A DNA stretch of 64,000 bases from Eledone cirrhosa (lineage: Eukaryota): contig OZ024743.1 in the NCBI GenBank assembly GCA_964016885.1, positions 284,456,001-284,520,000 on the forward strand, given 5' to 3'. Positions 1-13,556 of this stretch are shown piece by piece. The translations under genes were made by a program, and so were the position numbers. Each line of letters starts with the position of its first letter. Position 1 is the first letter of the stretch. The notes beneath the pieces are model-generated. The model worked only from the letters and a program-made list of their open reading frames with translations. It searched no databases and had not been told where the DNA came from.

Positions 1-2077
1 GGACCCACTGAAAACATTTAAAAAAATGACTTTTCTCAATGCACATGAACATATCATGTTTTACATAGTTATGTTTTTGTTTTATTGTTGTTGCTTTGGT
101 AGAAGCAGAAGGAACATCATTAGTTTCCTCAGATTCTAGTAAGTCACCCACTTTGTGTTTATGTTATTTTGGCTTCAGCGTTTAACTTCTCTAGAGTTTA
201 AATTAAAAGAAAACAGCTAAAATAATCAGTCATTTCCAGTAAAGTCTAGCAAAAGTCTTGGAACCAGATACATCATACCAATGTTTTTATACCTGAAATG
301 AATAGATTAACTGGTGAATCTTCTTCTGGTGAATCACCAATCCTAATTGACTGACAATATATCTAGCATCTATTGAGCATTAGGATTACAGCCAGACTAT
401 ATAAAACTATGTAAAAAGGTTTTGCACACATGGAAGTAATTTTTGTTTTCACATGACTACATTTGTTTATGATGCTTATATTCATATAGAGTAAATTTAT
501 TTATATGACTAAACATGACTATTTGCCTCTATATATGTATGAGTGTGTATGCATTTGTGTGTGTGTATTAGTGAGTGCTAAAAATGTCAAGCCCAAAGCA
601 AGGTATGGTAGATAAATCACATATGATTTTTCACACCTGATTTTCGGAAGTAAAACATTGCAATTTATATGTACATATTGATATCACCATTCAATCACTG
701 CATCACAATTTTCAGACCCTATAAAAATTTCTTTCTAAATCTTGCTTCAAGAACTCTATCATTAGTAACTATTAAGAATTTAAACTGGACATTAACTACA
801 GTAATCTCAATACGTTATCACCCCATTGCCACTATCACTGGTCTGAGAACTGTTCTTCTTCTTCAAATACGAATAACATATAGCCACCCATCATTATACA
901 GAGTGTGTTTACTATTACTCATCAAAACTATTTGTATCCATCTTACATTTTTCTTCATTATTTATAAACACATGATATTGTTATTTAAACATACAGCATT
1001 TGTTTAAAATAGACATGATATTCACAATGTTTTGAACACCTTGTTTTAGTGCTCATGGTAAACCACTGGTTTATATATTTGTATGTCAGGGGTGTATTGT
1101 GCAAAGAATGCTACTAATGTTTCCATACTCTTAACCTCTATTTCACATGTTCTGTACAAAGTAAACTGTCACTCTCACATATGGCATTTATAATGTAAAA
1201 TGATATTAAAATTTTCCAAGTGAGATCATGTACGTTTGTTTCACAATCATAAAATTGTAGGTATTCTACAAATATATATTTACAGCATTTCTAGTTCACA
1301 TTTTGTGCACTAATCATACTGTAATTTTAACATATGATATTTATCTTGTAGACCAATGTTGAAATTTACTAAATCATTATTATGTTCAGCACACTTTGTC
1401 TTAGTAGTACATTACTGACATACATTACCAGTATGCTACTAACTCACACACACACTTATGCACGCATGTGTGTGTGTGTGAGTAAACATGCATACATGTG
1501 TGTAGATGTGTAGGTATAGTATACTCTGGGTACTGAAATGGTGTGGGAGTCATAATAATACTGTAAATTTGAACAAAATAATATACAGTAATATTACACC
1601 TACCCACACACATACTTGCACACAAGCATATAATGTGTGTGTGTGTATATATATATATAGATATATATATACATGCATGTTCATAGACAGAAAGAAATTC
1701 ACCTAGTATTATCAATAATCAAAAGTTCAGAAACACTATTGCAACACAAATTAAAATACAATTATTACTTTGTAATTATCTGATACAGCTCCAGCAATAG
1801 ATTTTTTTATCTGCCTTTTAATATTTGGTTGAAACAAGACTGTGCAATAATTACTGATATTATTAATGAAAGACCAGTAATTACTCTATATTACACACGA
1901 GGACTAAATACATGTACATAGGTAATTTTAGGTATATATGTAAAAGCACACACACACACACACATCTATATATACATCTATCTCTCTCCTTTTATATATA
2001 TATATGTATATATATAAGATTCGCTTGGCAAGCTATATTATTTTATGTACTTCAAATTGAGTTTTCACAATTGTCTA

Positions 2078-2140
2078 TTGATGATAGTAGTTTCAAGACA
2101 AAAATCAATTGTTAACCTAGTGATGAAACATATGTTAATG
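2078..2140 (+). ncRNA. Degenerate type I hammerhead-like motif in a ~350-bp element between TA arrays
   Basis: TTGATGA ... GAAAC-ATAT-GTT (palindromic ACATATGT), AATAAA just downstream; stems I and II pair poorly. Confidence 0.35.
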
Positions 2141-2362
2141 CTTGGAATAAACCCTATTATATCGCTTATCTGTGTTAATCCTCTTTTTACTTGTTATTAC
2201 TACTCCAAGAACTATTGATCATGGAACTTTCAGGGAACTACCCTTCGAACAACCTAAGTAAACACCTTGTTGAATCAACTACCACCATACGCTGAAATAC
2301 TTCTCGGTACAGATTACTCCAAACCTGAACTAAGGTAACCCAAAATGATATCTCGTTCACCT

Positions 2363-2393
<31 letters not shown>

Positions 2394-3564
2394 ACTAATG
2401 AATTCAATATTAACACTCTTGCATGGGCTAAGCTTAGATCTTTCGAATTTTGTGTCACATTCTTACCAAAAATATTTCCCATCAAACTTTCAATTTTAGG
2501 TGCCATAATAGATTTATTTTCTTCTTTCAGTCAGAATATTATGAAAACATTGAAAGTAAAAGTGTTTAACCATTTAAACATCATCATCATCGCTATCATC
2601 GTTATTATGCTGTCATGTGTTGAACAGGTCTAATAAAAGAAACTCAAGATAAAATCCAACCCATTCACTAATTCTTCCACTTACTCCACCCTGATACACA
2701 AGATTATTTGAAAAAAGCAGAACAGAAAAAAAAGACAAGTTTTTTAAGAGGCACTAGATATGTTGCAATACAGTTTGTACAATGAGTAGGATGCAATATT
2801 TGGCATGAGCTTTTGATTATTGCTCTAAAGGATAATAATTCCAAGGAGTTTAGTTTTTCATATAAACACTTGAGAAGTAAGCAGCTTGAAACACTTACAA
2901 TCAATTAATGCAATGATTCTAAACACTTTAAAAAGCCAAAGTTGATGGTGGTTTTTATCGATTGAATCAGGTATTAAGTATAAAGAGCAACAATTGTGTT
3001 TATTGGTTTAATCATTAAGAGATTACTCAAACATGAAGATTAGAAACAATTTAATAAATTTGGATATTATATATTCATACTAATATATTCTTTCATTTTT
3101 TTGTGTTGTTATTTATATATTTTATATTGCAACTTTTAAACAATAGGATTATTAGTTACAAGTATCCAGTAGATCAGTCTCTAGTCCACTGAACATTTAA
3201 CAGCCAGAGCAACGGGACAGGCAGGGTTTGTGTAACACAGTTCAAAACAAATAATCTAAAGGCATTTCATTCGAAATGCATTTATCATTTTCTTACATGG
3301 ATGTTTACATGCCCATGAAAACATAATAGAAATTAACATTTATAAAATGTCAGATTCTCACTGGTCACAGGAGTTATTTAAATTTAAACAGGATTAATCT
3401 GTACACTATAAAACGACCAAAATTATGCATCAATATATAATTCAAAGAAAAGGAGAAACTACTCATGTTTTGAGAGAAAAACACTCATTTCTTTTGAAAC
3501 ACCAATATATATATGGGAGTGGTAATGATAATGATTATGATGGTGGTAATGATTCCTTAATGAA

Positions 3565-3885
3565 GGTATATGGATTAATGGTTTAAAGTGCTGGGCTCAT
3601 GACCATAGGGCTGTGAGTTCAATTCCTAAACCAGGTGACATGTTGTGACCATGTGCAAGACACTTTATTTCATGTTGCTCTATTATACTCAGCTGGCAAA
3701 TATGAGTTGTTTTATCTGTAATTCAAGGGGCCATCCTTGTCACACACTGTGTCATGCTAAATCTTGTTAAGGGTGCATGTGTCTGTGGAATATCCAATCA
3801 TTTGCTTGTCAATGTTACAAGCAGGCTGCTCCATTGAATCAACTGGAGCACTTGTCATTGGATGCAACAAAGGTACAACAACAAT
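3565..3885 (+). mobile_element. Old tRNA-headed CORE-like SINE (family 3, non-GAT tail)
   Basis: Degenerate A/B boxes (TGGATTAATGG; GAGTTCAATTC), CORE-like GCAAGACACTTTATTTCA; body homologous to 54884-55190. Confidence 0.7.
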
Positions 3886-5274
3886 GATACCTTAAGGACA
3901 ACAATACATAGAGACGGGATATTCTGTAAGCTATTTTAACAAATACTATCTATGATGGATTAAAAATAGGTGTTATTGATATCTGCTACTTCTATTGCAG
4001 GTCATCTTGGTGGTAACTTTATCTAAAGTATACTGGATTCGTTTTAAAAAAAAACAACATTTTTATTGTCAAGTTTAAAGTGACAGATGCAATAAAGTAA
4101 TACAAATCTAAAAGTGAATCACACACATAATGTATACACATATACATATAGTCATACACGTATACACACATCCCAAAGAGAAGAAATTTCCCAAAAGATC
4201 AGAAAATGATTTGTCAAGTGATGGCTTCTTATAAGAAATGAAAATCACTTCCTATTGACACAAGATTCAATTTGATTAGACAGAATGATAGATAAATAGA
4301 TGGCATATATTATTGCTGCATGGGTAACATTCCAGTTACTACAGCTTGAGTATTTTTGTTGTAATTAGATTTTGGAAATAATACAGTTCTACTGTGCAAC
4401 CATTTATGATATATACAGATGTCTTGTTTGTTCCAAGATATAAATCTATATTTTGTAAAAGCTCATTTTCCACCACCACCGCCAGAATTCCGTCTAGCAT
4501 GAACAAGTTGACAGCAATCTAAATAACTGGTGTGTTTAATATCACCTCAAAATTTTAAGCATTCTTCAAACCATAATTGGAAAAGATAGCACCTTCTAAA
4601 CATCTCTTGAGAATATAGACTGTAATAATAGTCTCTGTCAGTCATCTTAATAGCTTTACACAAGAGAACTTGTGGTGCTTACTTAGTGGAATGAGTGCTA
4701 TGTGAAACCATATTCTTTAACCTTTTCATTGCCAATGAAAGACTGCCTATAATTTTTAAATCCTTTTGGAAATAATCAAGAATTTGGCTAGATTTAGTAA
4801 AGTAACTAACTTTCTCATTATTAAGTTGGTGTCTGGAGCATAATTTAACAAAGGTTACATAAAATTATGATGTAAGGTTTTTGCATAGATATAAATAATT
4901 TTAAATAAACAGTTTTGTATCACACAACTAGATATGATTTGGTATCAAAAGGTCAAAATGGTTAATGCTGATTTCTGCAGAACAATCATTTTGGTACTGT
5001 TTTCCAATATGACAGAAATATGAAAGAGAGCGGCTTGTAAATCAAGGACAATAATTTTAGTAGAATTTAGTGAAATACTAATCTCACTCTAGATGGTTCT
5101 ATAGAAAGCTTTCTAAATGGACTCATGTGTATGATTACTGATATTATAAGTACTGCAAAATCAATGAAGACTGGGTCTTGAATTAGCTTGTTCTACATTC
5201 CTGACAATAAGGTTAATTTCTCTCTTATTTCCTTTACTGCATTTTGGCCATATATTCTTTAAACAGTTTCATTC

Positions 5275-5615
5275 ATCAGACTACATCCAAAGAAAGGCCA
5301 CTTGACTAATTGATACAAGGTCACTCACACAGATATATTCCAGTCTTTGGTCAACTGACATGCTATGTCATCTCTCTATGTCATACACTACCATAATGGT
5401 CTCTGCTCTTTAGTCCTGGCTACTCTCATGCCATCTTACTGAAGCACTTCTGGGACATCTTTCCTCTCCTGGCAGCCCATGTTGTGTCCGACTCTTCCTT
5501 AATCAATACACCTAACCATTCCTGACCAGAACATCTACCATCTGGACCTTTTCCCTTGTTCATGTCTTTCCTATGTAAGTCAACTTTAGTTTAAGTGAAA
5601 CATCAACAGCATCAA
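5275..5615 (+). mobile_element. Degraded 3' end of a CR1/L2-group LINE ORF2
   Basis: Reads DYIQRKAT*LID..LT / QSLVN*HAMSSLYVIHYHNGLCS, resembling LDRIQRKA.RLI...LQSL.HRR..SSL..FY.Y..G.CS; stops and a frameshift. Confidence 0.55.
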
Positions 5616-5769
5616 ATGATCTGGTCTCGGTGAACCTGTGAATATTATGGACACTGTTTCTGTCGCCAGACCTACCCTATACAAAATTCATCTAATACAA
5701 AAACAACAAGTCTTTTATAGTAATTTTCTCTGCGAAAGCAGGTTAGTCTTGCAGACCCCATTAGATGCG

Positions 5770-6120
5770 TATTAATTTTGCTTTTTCGCTTGCATGACAC
5801 ACTCCTCACTAAGCCCTGGCTTTCATTTCCTTTTCCATGATCTTTAGCCATGTCTTTCTTGGTATTCCCCTTACATTACTTCCTTTCACATAGATTTCCA
5901 TCACTTCCTTCACATAGCACATGACCCAACCATCTCCTATTTCTCTTTTTAACATTCATCACTGGCTCTATTCCCATCATCCTCTGCAATTCATTGTTTT
6001 TTCTTCCTCTCTCTAAGCAATATGCTACTCATCCTCCAAATCATTTTCAGTTTTATTCTGCCCAGCCTTTTCTGCTACTCCATGTTCATCACCCATGCTT
6101 CACTTTCATAATATTCATCC
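5770..6120 (-). mobile_element. Old RTE LINE 3' ORF relic
   Basis: Minus strand encodes a W(L)GHV motif and RGIPRKTWLK (GRPRKTW-like); similar to 46960-47230. Confidence 0.6.
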
Positions 6121-6905
6121 AATCACACTAACAAAACTAACAAATAAATAAAATCCATAAAAATGATGAAAGAAGAGTTACAGTTGATAGAAAATAGACA
6201 CACAAACATAAACTCATAAACACATTGTCTTCTGTACAGCAATAACAAGAGGCCTGTTACGACAATCATTCAAATTTCTTGGTTTAAAAGTACAAGAAAC
6301 TGTACTGCCTTAGAAGTTAATGAATAAAACATTAAGACATTATGGTGCAATCATAAAAGAAACACATTACAGACGAAGAGAATAACGATTGTGAATCTAA
6401 ACATTTCATACTGGAGAAAGAACTGGAATTGAACATATGAGAAGTAAAATAGATTCATAAAGATTACAAAGAGAGCAGTAATTTCAAGAAACATTTATGA
6501 ATATGAAACAAATATTTTATATATTCCACAGTACATAATGATTAGTTATTTTACAAACATATGCAAAGAGAATTGTATAAGAATTGTATATTTTATGTTT
6601 ATTCATTACATGTATGTTTTGTTCATGCCATGTTCCAACAACTTTGCTGATTAGCCTCATCTAGGCATGTTACTTATCTGTCTCAATACAACCTTTCGTA
6701 AAAAGAATCCTGAGCAGTATTAAAATGCATTTTAGCATTGTGGACCCCTGTCAGTCAGAACTACAAAGATATCTGATAGACAGCTGAAATATGGGGAAAT
6801 TTCCTATTAGGTCTTTGCTTTCATTTATTTGTTTTTTTCTTGTTCATTGTCACTGCCCATATAGGTTTTTGTCTTGCCAATAATTTCACACACACACACA
6901 CATAC

Positions 6906-6952
<47 letters not shown>

Positions 6953-7094
6953 CATTAGTGGATTCCCAATGGGAGCTGAAAAAGGTACTCAATATGTTAG
7001 GAGGGCATATGCATCTATATTCTTTATTTTATATATATATATATATATAAATACAATTTCACACAAATATATATATATATGCGCCTCTATTTAT

Positions 7095-7250
7095 GCTGAG
7101 AGAAAAACTAGGCATAAGAGGGATTAGTTGCCATATACATGAGAGAAGATTGTGCTATTATGGACAAGTGACATGTATAGCAAATGGCAGCTGGATAAAG
7201 AAGTGTAGGGCACTTGCAGCAGAAGGAACCCAAGGAAGAGAAAAACCCAG
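7095..7250 (+). mobile_element. Old RTE LINE fragment
   Basis: LREKLGIRGISCHIHERRLCYYGQV..WIKKCRAL..GREKPRT aligns with the RTE C-terminus elsewhere in the window. Confidence 0.8.
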
Positions 7251-7885
7251 AACATTTCACTGTTCCCCACTGCCTGCATAACTGGGGATAGCTCAGGAGC
7301 TATCAGAATCTCATTGCCCTCTGATGCCTATCCATCCACTCATTTGCGTACTCAGTGAATGATCCCACCCAGTCCTGTAAATATATTTAATATTTCCTGC
7401 CACATTACATATCAATATTTGCATCTACTACACCTAACTGCCACAGACTTTTTGGAGTTGCACCTTTTTACCCAACAAGAAAACTTCTAGCAGCATCTGC
7501 CACTTCTTTGTGTCTCTCTCAGCAACAAAGAAGCTATTATCATTACTCCTTCTCTCCCATTATTGCTTCTCCTATGCTGTTAAGGACACAGCCACCACTA
7601 GTATTGGTGCCATGACAAAATGTACCCAATACATTCTATAAAATGGTACTGTTTGCAACTATAAAATGCACCTAGTACCTATGATAGCATAAGGAATATA
7701 TGCACCAGACATAGTTATTCAAACTTTCTTGTCTAAGTCTGTGACAACCTACTCAACCCATGTCAACATATGAAACGGATGTATGATGATATCATCATCA
7801 TCATCATCAATATTTATACATATAGATATATACATAGGAAAAGAGTCAGGACCACGATGGCTGAGGTCCGGCCTTTTTGTCAGCT

Positions 7886-7910
7886 AGATCCAAAATAAAC
7901 TAGTAGTATT

Positions 7911-8001
<91 letters not shown>

Positions 8002-8032
8002 GGTGTAATACTACTAGTTTATTTTGGATCTA
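7886..8032. repeat. ~30-bp inverted repeat enclosing a (TA)n tract
   Basis: tagatccaaaataaactagtagtattaca ... tgtaatactactagtttattttggatcta. Confidence 0.85.
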
Positions 8033-8094
8033 TACATACAATAAATGTAATCTGAGTTTTTTTAATGTTAATGATAATATTTGATTTGTATGCA

Positions 8095-8281
8095 ATAGTT
8101 GTTTCTACTTTTGGCACAAGGCCAGCAATTACCCAGTACATTACTGGTACTTTATTTTATCGACCCTGTATGGATGAAAGGCAAAGTTAACCTGGGCGGG
8201 ATTTGAACTCAGATTATAAAGGGACGTAACTATGCTGAAAAGTATGTCCGACCCTCTACCGATACTGCCAATTCACCACCC
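8095..8281 (-). mobile_element. tRNA-headed SINE family 2 (Meta-domain-like core)
   Basis: Reverse complement of the GGTGGATTGGCAGTATCGG..GACTTTGCCTTTCATCC..GGTCGATAAAATAAAGTACCAG..GGCCTTGTGCC unit; flanked by direct repeat gtatgcaata (8088, 8284). Confidence 0.85.
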
Positions 8282-8415
8282 TCGTATGCAATAATGCAAA
8301 CAGTCTCTTTTATAAGCCATGTCAATAGAATGAGCCCCTTATTATTAATATTCGAAAAGCTCAGATTACATTTATTGTATTCAGTCATGTAGAGCGATAA
8401 CTAGTAGTTAGTTAT

Positions 8416-9266
8416 TATATATATATATACATATATATATACATATATATACATATATATATACATATATATACATATATACACATATATATACATATAT
8501 ACACATATATACATATATACACATATATATACATATACATATATACACATATATATACATATATATATATATACATATACACATATACATATATATATAC
8601 ATATATATACATATACATATATACACATATACATATACATATATACACATATACATATACATATATACACATACATATATACACATATATATACATATAT
8701 AAACATATATATACATATACATATATATACATATATATATACATATACATATACATATATATATACATATACATATAGATACATATATATATACATATAT
8801 CTACACATATACATATATATACATATACATATATATACATATATATACATATACATATATATACATATACATATATATACATATACATATATATACATAT
8901 ACATATATATACATATACATATATATACATATACATATATATACATATACATATATATACATATACATATACATATACATATATATATACATATACATAT
9001 ATATATACATATATACATATACAGATATATATACATATACAGATATATATACATATATACATATACAGATATATATACATATATATATACATATATACAT
9101 ATACAGATATATATACATATATATATACATATATACATATATATATTTACATAAATATATACATATATACATATACATATAGATATACATATATACATAT
9201 ATATATTTACATAAATATATACATATATACATATACATATACATATAGATATACATATATACATAT
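8416..9266. repeat. Compound (TA)n/(TATACA)n microsatellite
   Basis: Direct reading; source of the spurious Y/I/M/C ORFs. Confidence 0.98.
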
Positions 9267-9471
9267 AGTATTAGTTATACTATTTATGGTTATGTAAACA
9301 CAAAACCTTAAGCAGTTGTAAGTATTTTACACACACCCTAAATAGTGGTAGGCAGTAATGTATTACTACCTTATTACCAGTAAGTTAAGTAGCTCAATGT
9401 AAAAACATCAGATGATTTACAGAGCAGTTATATGAAATATAAGAATCAAAGAACTGTTCAAAACATTATTG

Positions 9472-9518
9472 TGCTTACAGCTGTTTCCTCCAAACCGAGG
9501 TTTGGATTCTTCGGAGCA
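9472..9518 (-). ncRNA. Minimal type I hammerhead motif (mirror copy)
   Basis: Reverse complement of 10282-10328. Confidence 0.7.
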
Positions 9519-10281
9519 ATTTATTAATGCATGGACAGTTATATGACCTCCTTTTCAGCCGAGAGACATACCAATACATATTCAAACATTGATACATATT
9601 CAAACATTGTGGGTCAACATTCATTACAGAATTTAGAGTGGCAGTACACACTTCGAGATTACATTTATATTAATAGGTACAATCAAAAATCAAAGATATA
9701 GGTTAAAGTACAACATGAAGATAAGTGGTTATATAGTGCAAATGTTATATGTGTGGCACGCATGTGCGTCTTGTTTATATAGTGTGGCAGAGAGATATGT
9801 GTGGTAGAGGCACTTAGGTAGGTAAATAAGAGTGTTAGGTTGGTAGATCTGGTGGCAAAGTCTTTATATGATTGATATAGTCTGTGTGTGGAGAAATATT
9901 ATAAGCATTAAAACACAGACTATATCAATCATATAAAGACTTTGCCACCAGATCTACCAACCTAACACTCTTATTTACCTACCTAAGTGCCTCTACCACA
10001 CATATCTCTCTGCCACACTATATAAACAAGACGCACATGCGTGCCACACATATAACATTTGCACTATATAACCACTTATCTTCATGTTGTACTTTAACCT
10101 ATATCTTTGATTTTTGATTGTACCTATTAATATAAATGTAATCTCGAAGTGTGTACTGCCACTCTAAATTCTGTAATGAATGTTGACCCACAATGTTTGA
10201 ATATGTATCAATGTTTGAATATGTATTGGTATGTCTCTCGGCTGAAAAGGAGGTCATATAACTGTCCATGCATTAATAAAT

Positions 10282-10328
10282 TGCTCCGAAGAATCCAAAC
10301 CTCGGTTTGGAGGAAACAGCTGTAAGCA
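10282..10328 (+). ncRNA. Minimal type I hammerhead ribozyme motif, U4C core variant
   Basis: tgct CCGAAGA a-tccaaacc-tc-ggtttgga-g GAAAC agct GTA agca: stem I tgct/agca, hairpin stem II, palindromic ACAGCTGT stem III. Confidence 0.7.
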
Positions 10329-10450
10329 CAATAATGTTTTGAACAGTTCTTTGATTCTTATATTTCATATATACATATATATATACATATATACATATAT
10401 ACATATATACATATATATATACAAATATAGATATACATATATATACAAAT

Positions 10451-10950
10451 ATATACGTAGATTAGAGAGAAACGAAGCCTGCATGCTCCGATGGATGTGT
10501 AACAGTAATATACGTGAACGACAAAGCATAAAGGAATTGAGAGAGAGACTGAGCATAAGAGGAATCAAATGCTGCGTGCAGGAGAGGCGGTTACGCTGGT
10601 ATGGACATGTGATGCGTATGAAGGATGACAGCTGCATAAAAAGGTGCAGAGCACTAGAAGTTGATGGAAACCGCGGAGTGGGGAGACCCAAGATGACTTG
10701 GGATGAGGTGATAAAAGCCGACCTTACCCAACTACACCTCTCAAAGTCAATGACACACGACCGTGACTTCTGGCGTCACGCAGTAATACAGGGTACCCGA
10801 CCTCCCATGGGTACATGCTGAAGCATATAAACAATATGCCCCCCCCCCCCCCCACCGCAAGGTGGTTGTGGAGGTGCCACGGCAAAAAAGCACCCAGCCC
10901 ACACTGTAAAGTGGACGTGTAGGCGCCACGAAAAAGCACCCAGCACTCAC
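10451..10950 (+). mobile_element. RTE LINE subfamily A, 3' ORF end plus part of 3'UTR
   Basis: [36 protein letters not shown]; 3'UTR identical to 41635-41684. Confidence 0.9.
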
Positions 10951-11235
10951 ATATATATATACATATACATATATATATACATATACATATATATATACAT
11001 ATACATATATATACATATACATATATATACATATACATAAGTAGGAAATGACTGACCTTTCCTGTTTATAGTTGATTATAGTATATACATAACTATAAAT
11101 AGTATTATTATTATACATATACAGGAGGGTCGGACGATAGGAACCCCAGTCCTATGTATGTATGTGTATGTATATGTATATATGTGTATATATATATGTG
11201 TATGTATATATATATATGTATATGTATGTATATAT

Positions 11236-11635
11236 GGAGGCACATGGCTTAGTGGTTAGAGCATTGGCCTTGCAATCGAAAGGTTGTGAGTTCAATTCTC
11301 AGACCGGTTGATGTGTTGTTTCCTTGAGCAAGACACTTTATTTCACATTGCTCCAGTTTACTCAGCTGTAGAAATGAGATGATAGGGACTGGGGTCCATA
11401 TCATTCCACTGCAAATTGGTCGTGTGGGTGCCATGGCAAAAAAGCACCCAGCACTCACTGTAAATGAGGTTGGTGTTAGGAAGGGCATCCAGCTGTAGAA
11501 ATCAAGCCAGATCAGTTCCTGTATGAGCAAGGCATGGTCAGCCGACCAGACACTGCCCACAACAGGACAACCCGTCTAACCCATGCTAGCGTGGAAGAAC
11601 GGACGTAAAACGGTGATGATGATGATGATGATGAT
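11236..11635 (+). mobile_element. tRNA-headed CORE-like SINE family 1 with RTE-A 3' tail and (GAT)n
   Basis: A box TGGCTTAGTGG, B box GAGTTCAATTC, CCTTGAGCAAGACACTTTA core, RTE-shared tail. Confidence 0.9.
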
Positions 11636-11636
11636 A

Positions 11637-12825
11637 CATAAAGAAAGAAAATAAGGCGGCGGTCCCTTCCGGGAAGTGGCCATGCTCAGTGTGTAGGAAA
11701 GGCGTAGGTAGAAACTCCATTTTGTGTCCCAAATGCAAAGTATGGGTGCATAAAAGATGTAGTGGGATCACAGGTAAGCTAACTAAGAACATAGAAATTT
11801 ACATGTGGGCGGTGCTCTGGTGCAATAAGTAGCAGCAAGTGCCCACAAATACTAGCTCTTTCAACTGCGCAGAGGGCTCTATAGAAATAGTGGACAGCTT
11901 CCGTTACCTGGGTGACAAAATCAGCAGTGGGGGAGGGTGCTCTGAAAGTACAGTAGCTAGAGTCAGAACTGGATGGAAAAAGTTCAGAGAGCTTATACCA
12001 CTATTAGCCGCTAAAGGGTTCTCCCTAAAAATGAAAGGCAGGTTGTATGATGCCTGCATACGAACAGCAATGTTGCATGGCAGTGAGACCTGGGCATTGT
12101 GTGCAGAGGATATACGCAGACTAGAGAGAAACGAAGCTTGCATGCTCCGCTGGATGTGTAATAGTAATATACGTGAACGGCAAAGCATAAACGAACTAAG
12201 GAAAAAATTAGAAATAAGAGGGATCAGATGTTGTTTACTCGAGAGAAGGCTACGTTGGTATGGTCACGTGATGCGCATGAAGGACGATAGCTGTATAACA
12301 AAGTGCAGGGCAATAAAGATAGACGGTAGCCACGGAATAGGCAGACCCAGAAAAACCTGGGACAAGCTGATAAATTCCGACCTCACACACTTACACCTCA
12401 CCAAGACAATGTCACTGGACCGAGACCTTTGGCGGTACTCAGTAATAGAGAAGACCCGCCTTACCTAAATACAAAGTAAAACCTACTACAGTCAGTAGGC
12501 ATCTCTAACAAAATACACCCCCCCTTTCAATGTAAAGTTATGTTGGTGCCACAACATCCAGGCCAAAACAAATGAGATCGTGTAGGTGTAACGTAAAAAA
12601 ACACAGTTCACGCTGTAATGTGGCCGTGTAGGCAACACGGTAAAAACCTCCCAGCCCCACACTGTAAATGTGGTTGGTGTTAGGAAGGGCATCCAGCTGT
12701 AGAAAACCCGCCAGATAGTGCTATGCGAGCAAGATAATCACTCTTGCCTCAAGTGGGAAAACCCCCGTCCAAACCCATGCAAGCATGGAACACGGACGTT
12801 AAACGTTGATGATGATGATGATGAT
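11637..12825 (+). mobile_element. RTE LINE subfamily B, 5'-truncated
   Basis: WPCSVC..HKRC finger, FRYLG, LHGSETW, RWYGHV, GRPRKTW, 3'UTR and (GAT)n tail; frameshift near 11800. Confidence 0.95.
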
Positions 12826-13164
12826 ACATATATATATACATATACATATATATATACATATACATATATATATACATATACATATATATATACATATACA
12901 TATATATATACATATACATATATATACATATACATATATATACATATACATATATATACATATACATAAGTAGGAAATGACTGACCTTTCCTGTTTATAG
13001 TTGATTATAGTATATACATAACTATAAATAGTATTATTATTATACATATACAGGAGGGTCGGACGATAGGAACCCCAGTCCTATGTATGTATGTGTATGT
13101 ATATGTATATATGTGTATATATATATGTGTATGTATATATATATATGTATATGTATGTATATAT

Positions 13165-13556
13165 GGAGGCACATGGCTTAGTGGTTAGAGCATTGGCCTT
13201 GCAATCGAAAGGTTGTGAGTTCAATTCTCAGACCGGTTGATGTGTTGTTTCCTTGAGCAAGACACTTTATTTCACATTGCTCCAGTTTACTCAGCTGTAG
13301 AAATGAGATGATAGGGACTGGGGTCCATATCATTCCACTGCAAATTGGTCGTGTGGGTGCCATGGCAAAAAAGCACCCAGCACTCACTGTAAATGAGGTT
13401 GGTGTTAGGAAGGGCATTCAGCTGTAGAAATCAAGCCAGAATCAGTTCCTGTATGAGCAAGACAAGGTCAGCCAACTGGACACTGCCCACAACAGGAAAA
13501 CTCGTCTAACCCATGTTAGCGTGGAAGAACGGACGTAAAACGGTGATGATGATGAT
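13165..13556 (+). mobile_element. SINE family 1 copy
   Basis: Head and body identical to 11236-11487; tail diverged; (GAT)n end. Confidence 0.9.

Larger units (their letters stand above)
9283..10371. mobile_element. Fold-back Penelope-like pLTR-type non-coding element: ~459-bp apparently perfect inverted arms (9429-9887 / 9913-10371), 25-bp spacer
   Basis: Arms are reverse complements at every point checked; each carries a hammerhead motif; the left arm extends ~150 bp further as a tail; both sides abut TA-type microsatellites. Confidence 0.8.

Noticed and set aside
4400-4530. Possible minus-strand terminal exon (..HARRNSGGGGGK*)
   Set aside because: Weak acceptor, short, no recognisable homology
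8401-9264. Long Y/I/M/C/V-rich ORFs (also at 26.4, 39.6 and 41.2-42.9 kb)
   Set aside because: Translations of TA/TACA/TATG microsatellites that happen to lack stops
11040-11150. Small hairpin or MITE (gacctttcctgt..acaggagggtc)
   Set aside because: Inverted match only ~11 bp and imperfect; its second copy is explained by the local duplication
11236-11310. tRNA gene
   Set aside because: A/B boxes present, but no proper acceptor stem and it continues into SINE core and tail; it is a SINE head
13178-13417. Recurrent 79-aa [17 protein letters not shown].. in several copies
   Set aside because: Antisense reading of SINE family 1; recurrence reflects repeat copy number, not coding function
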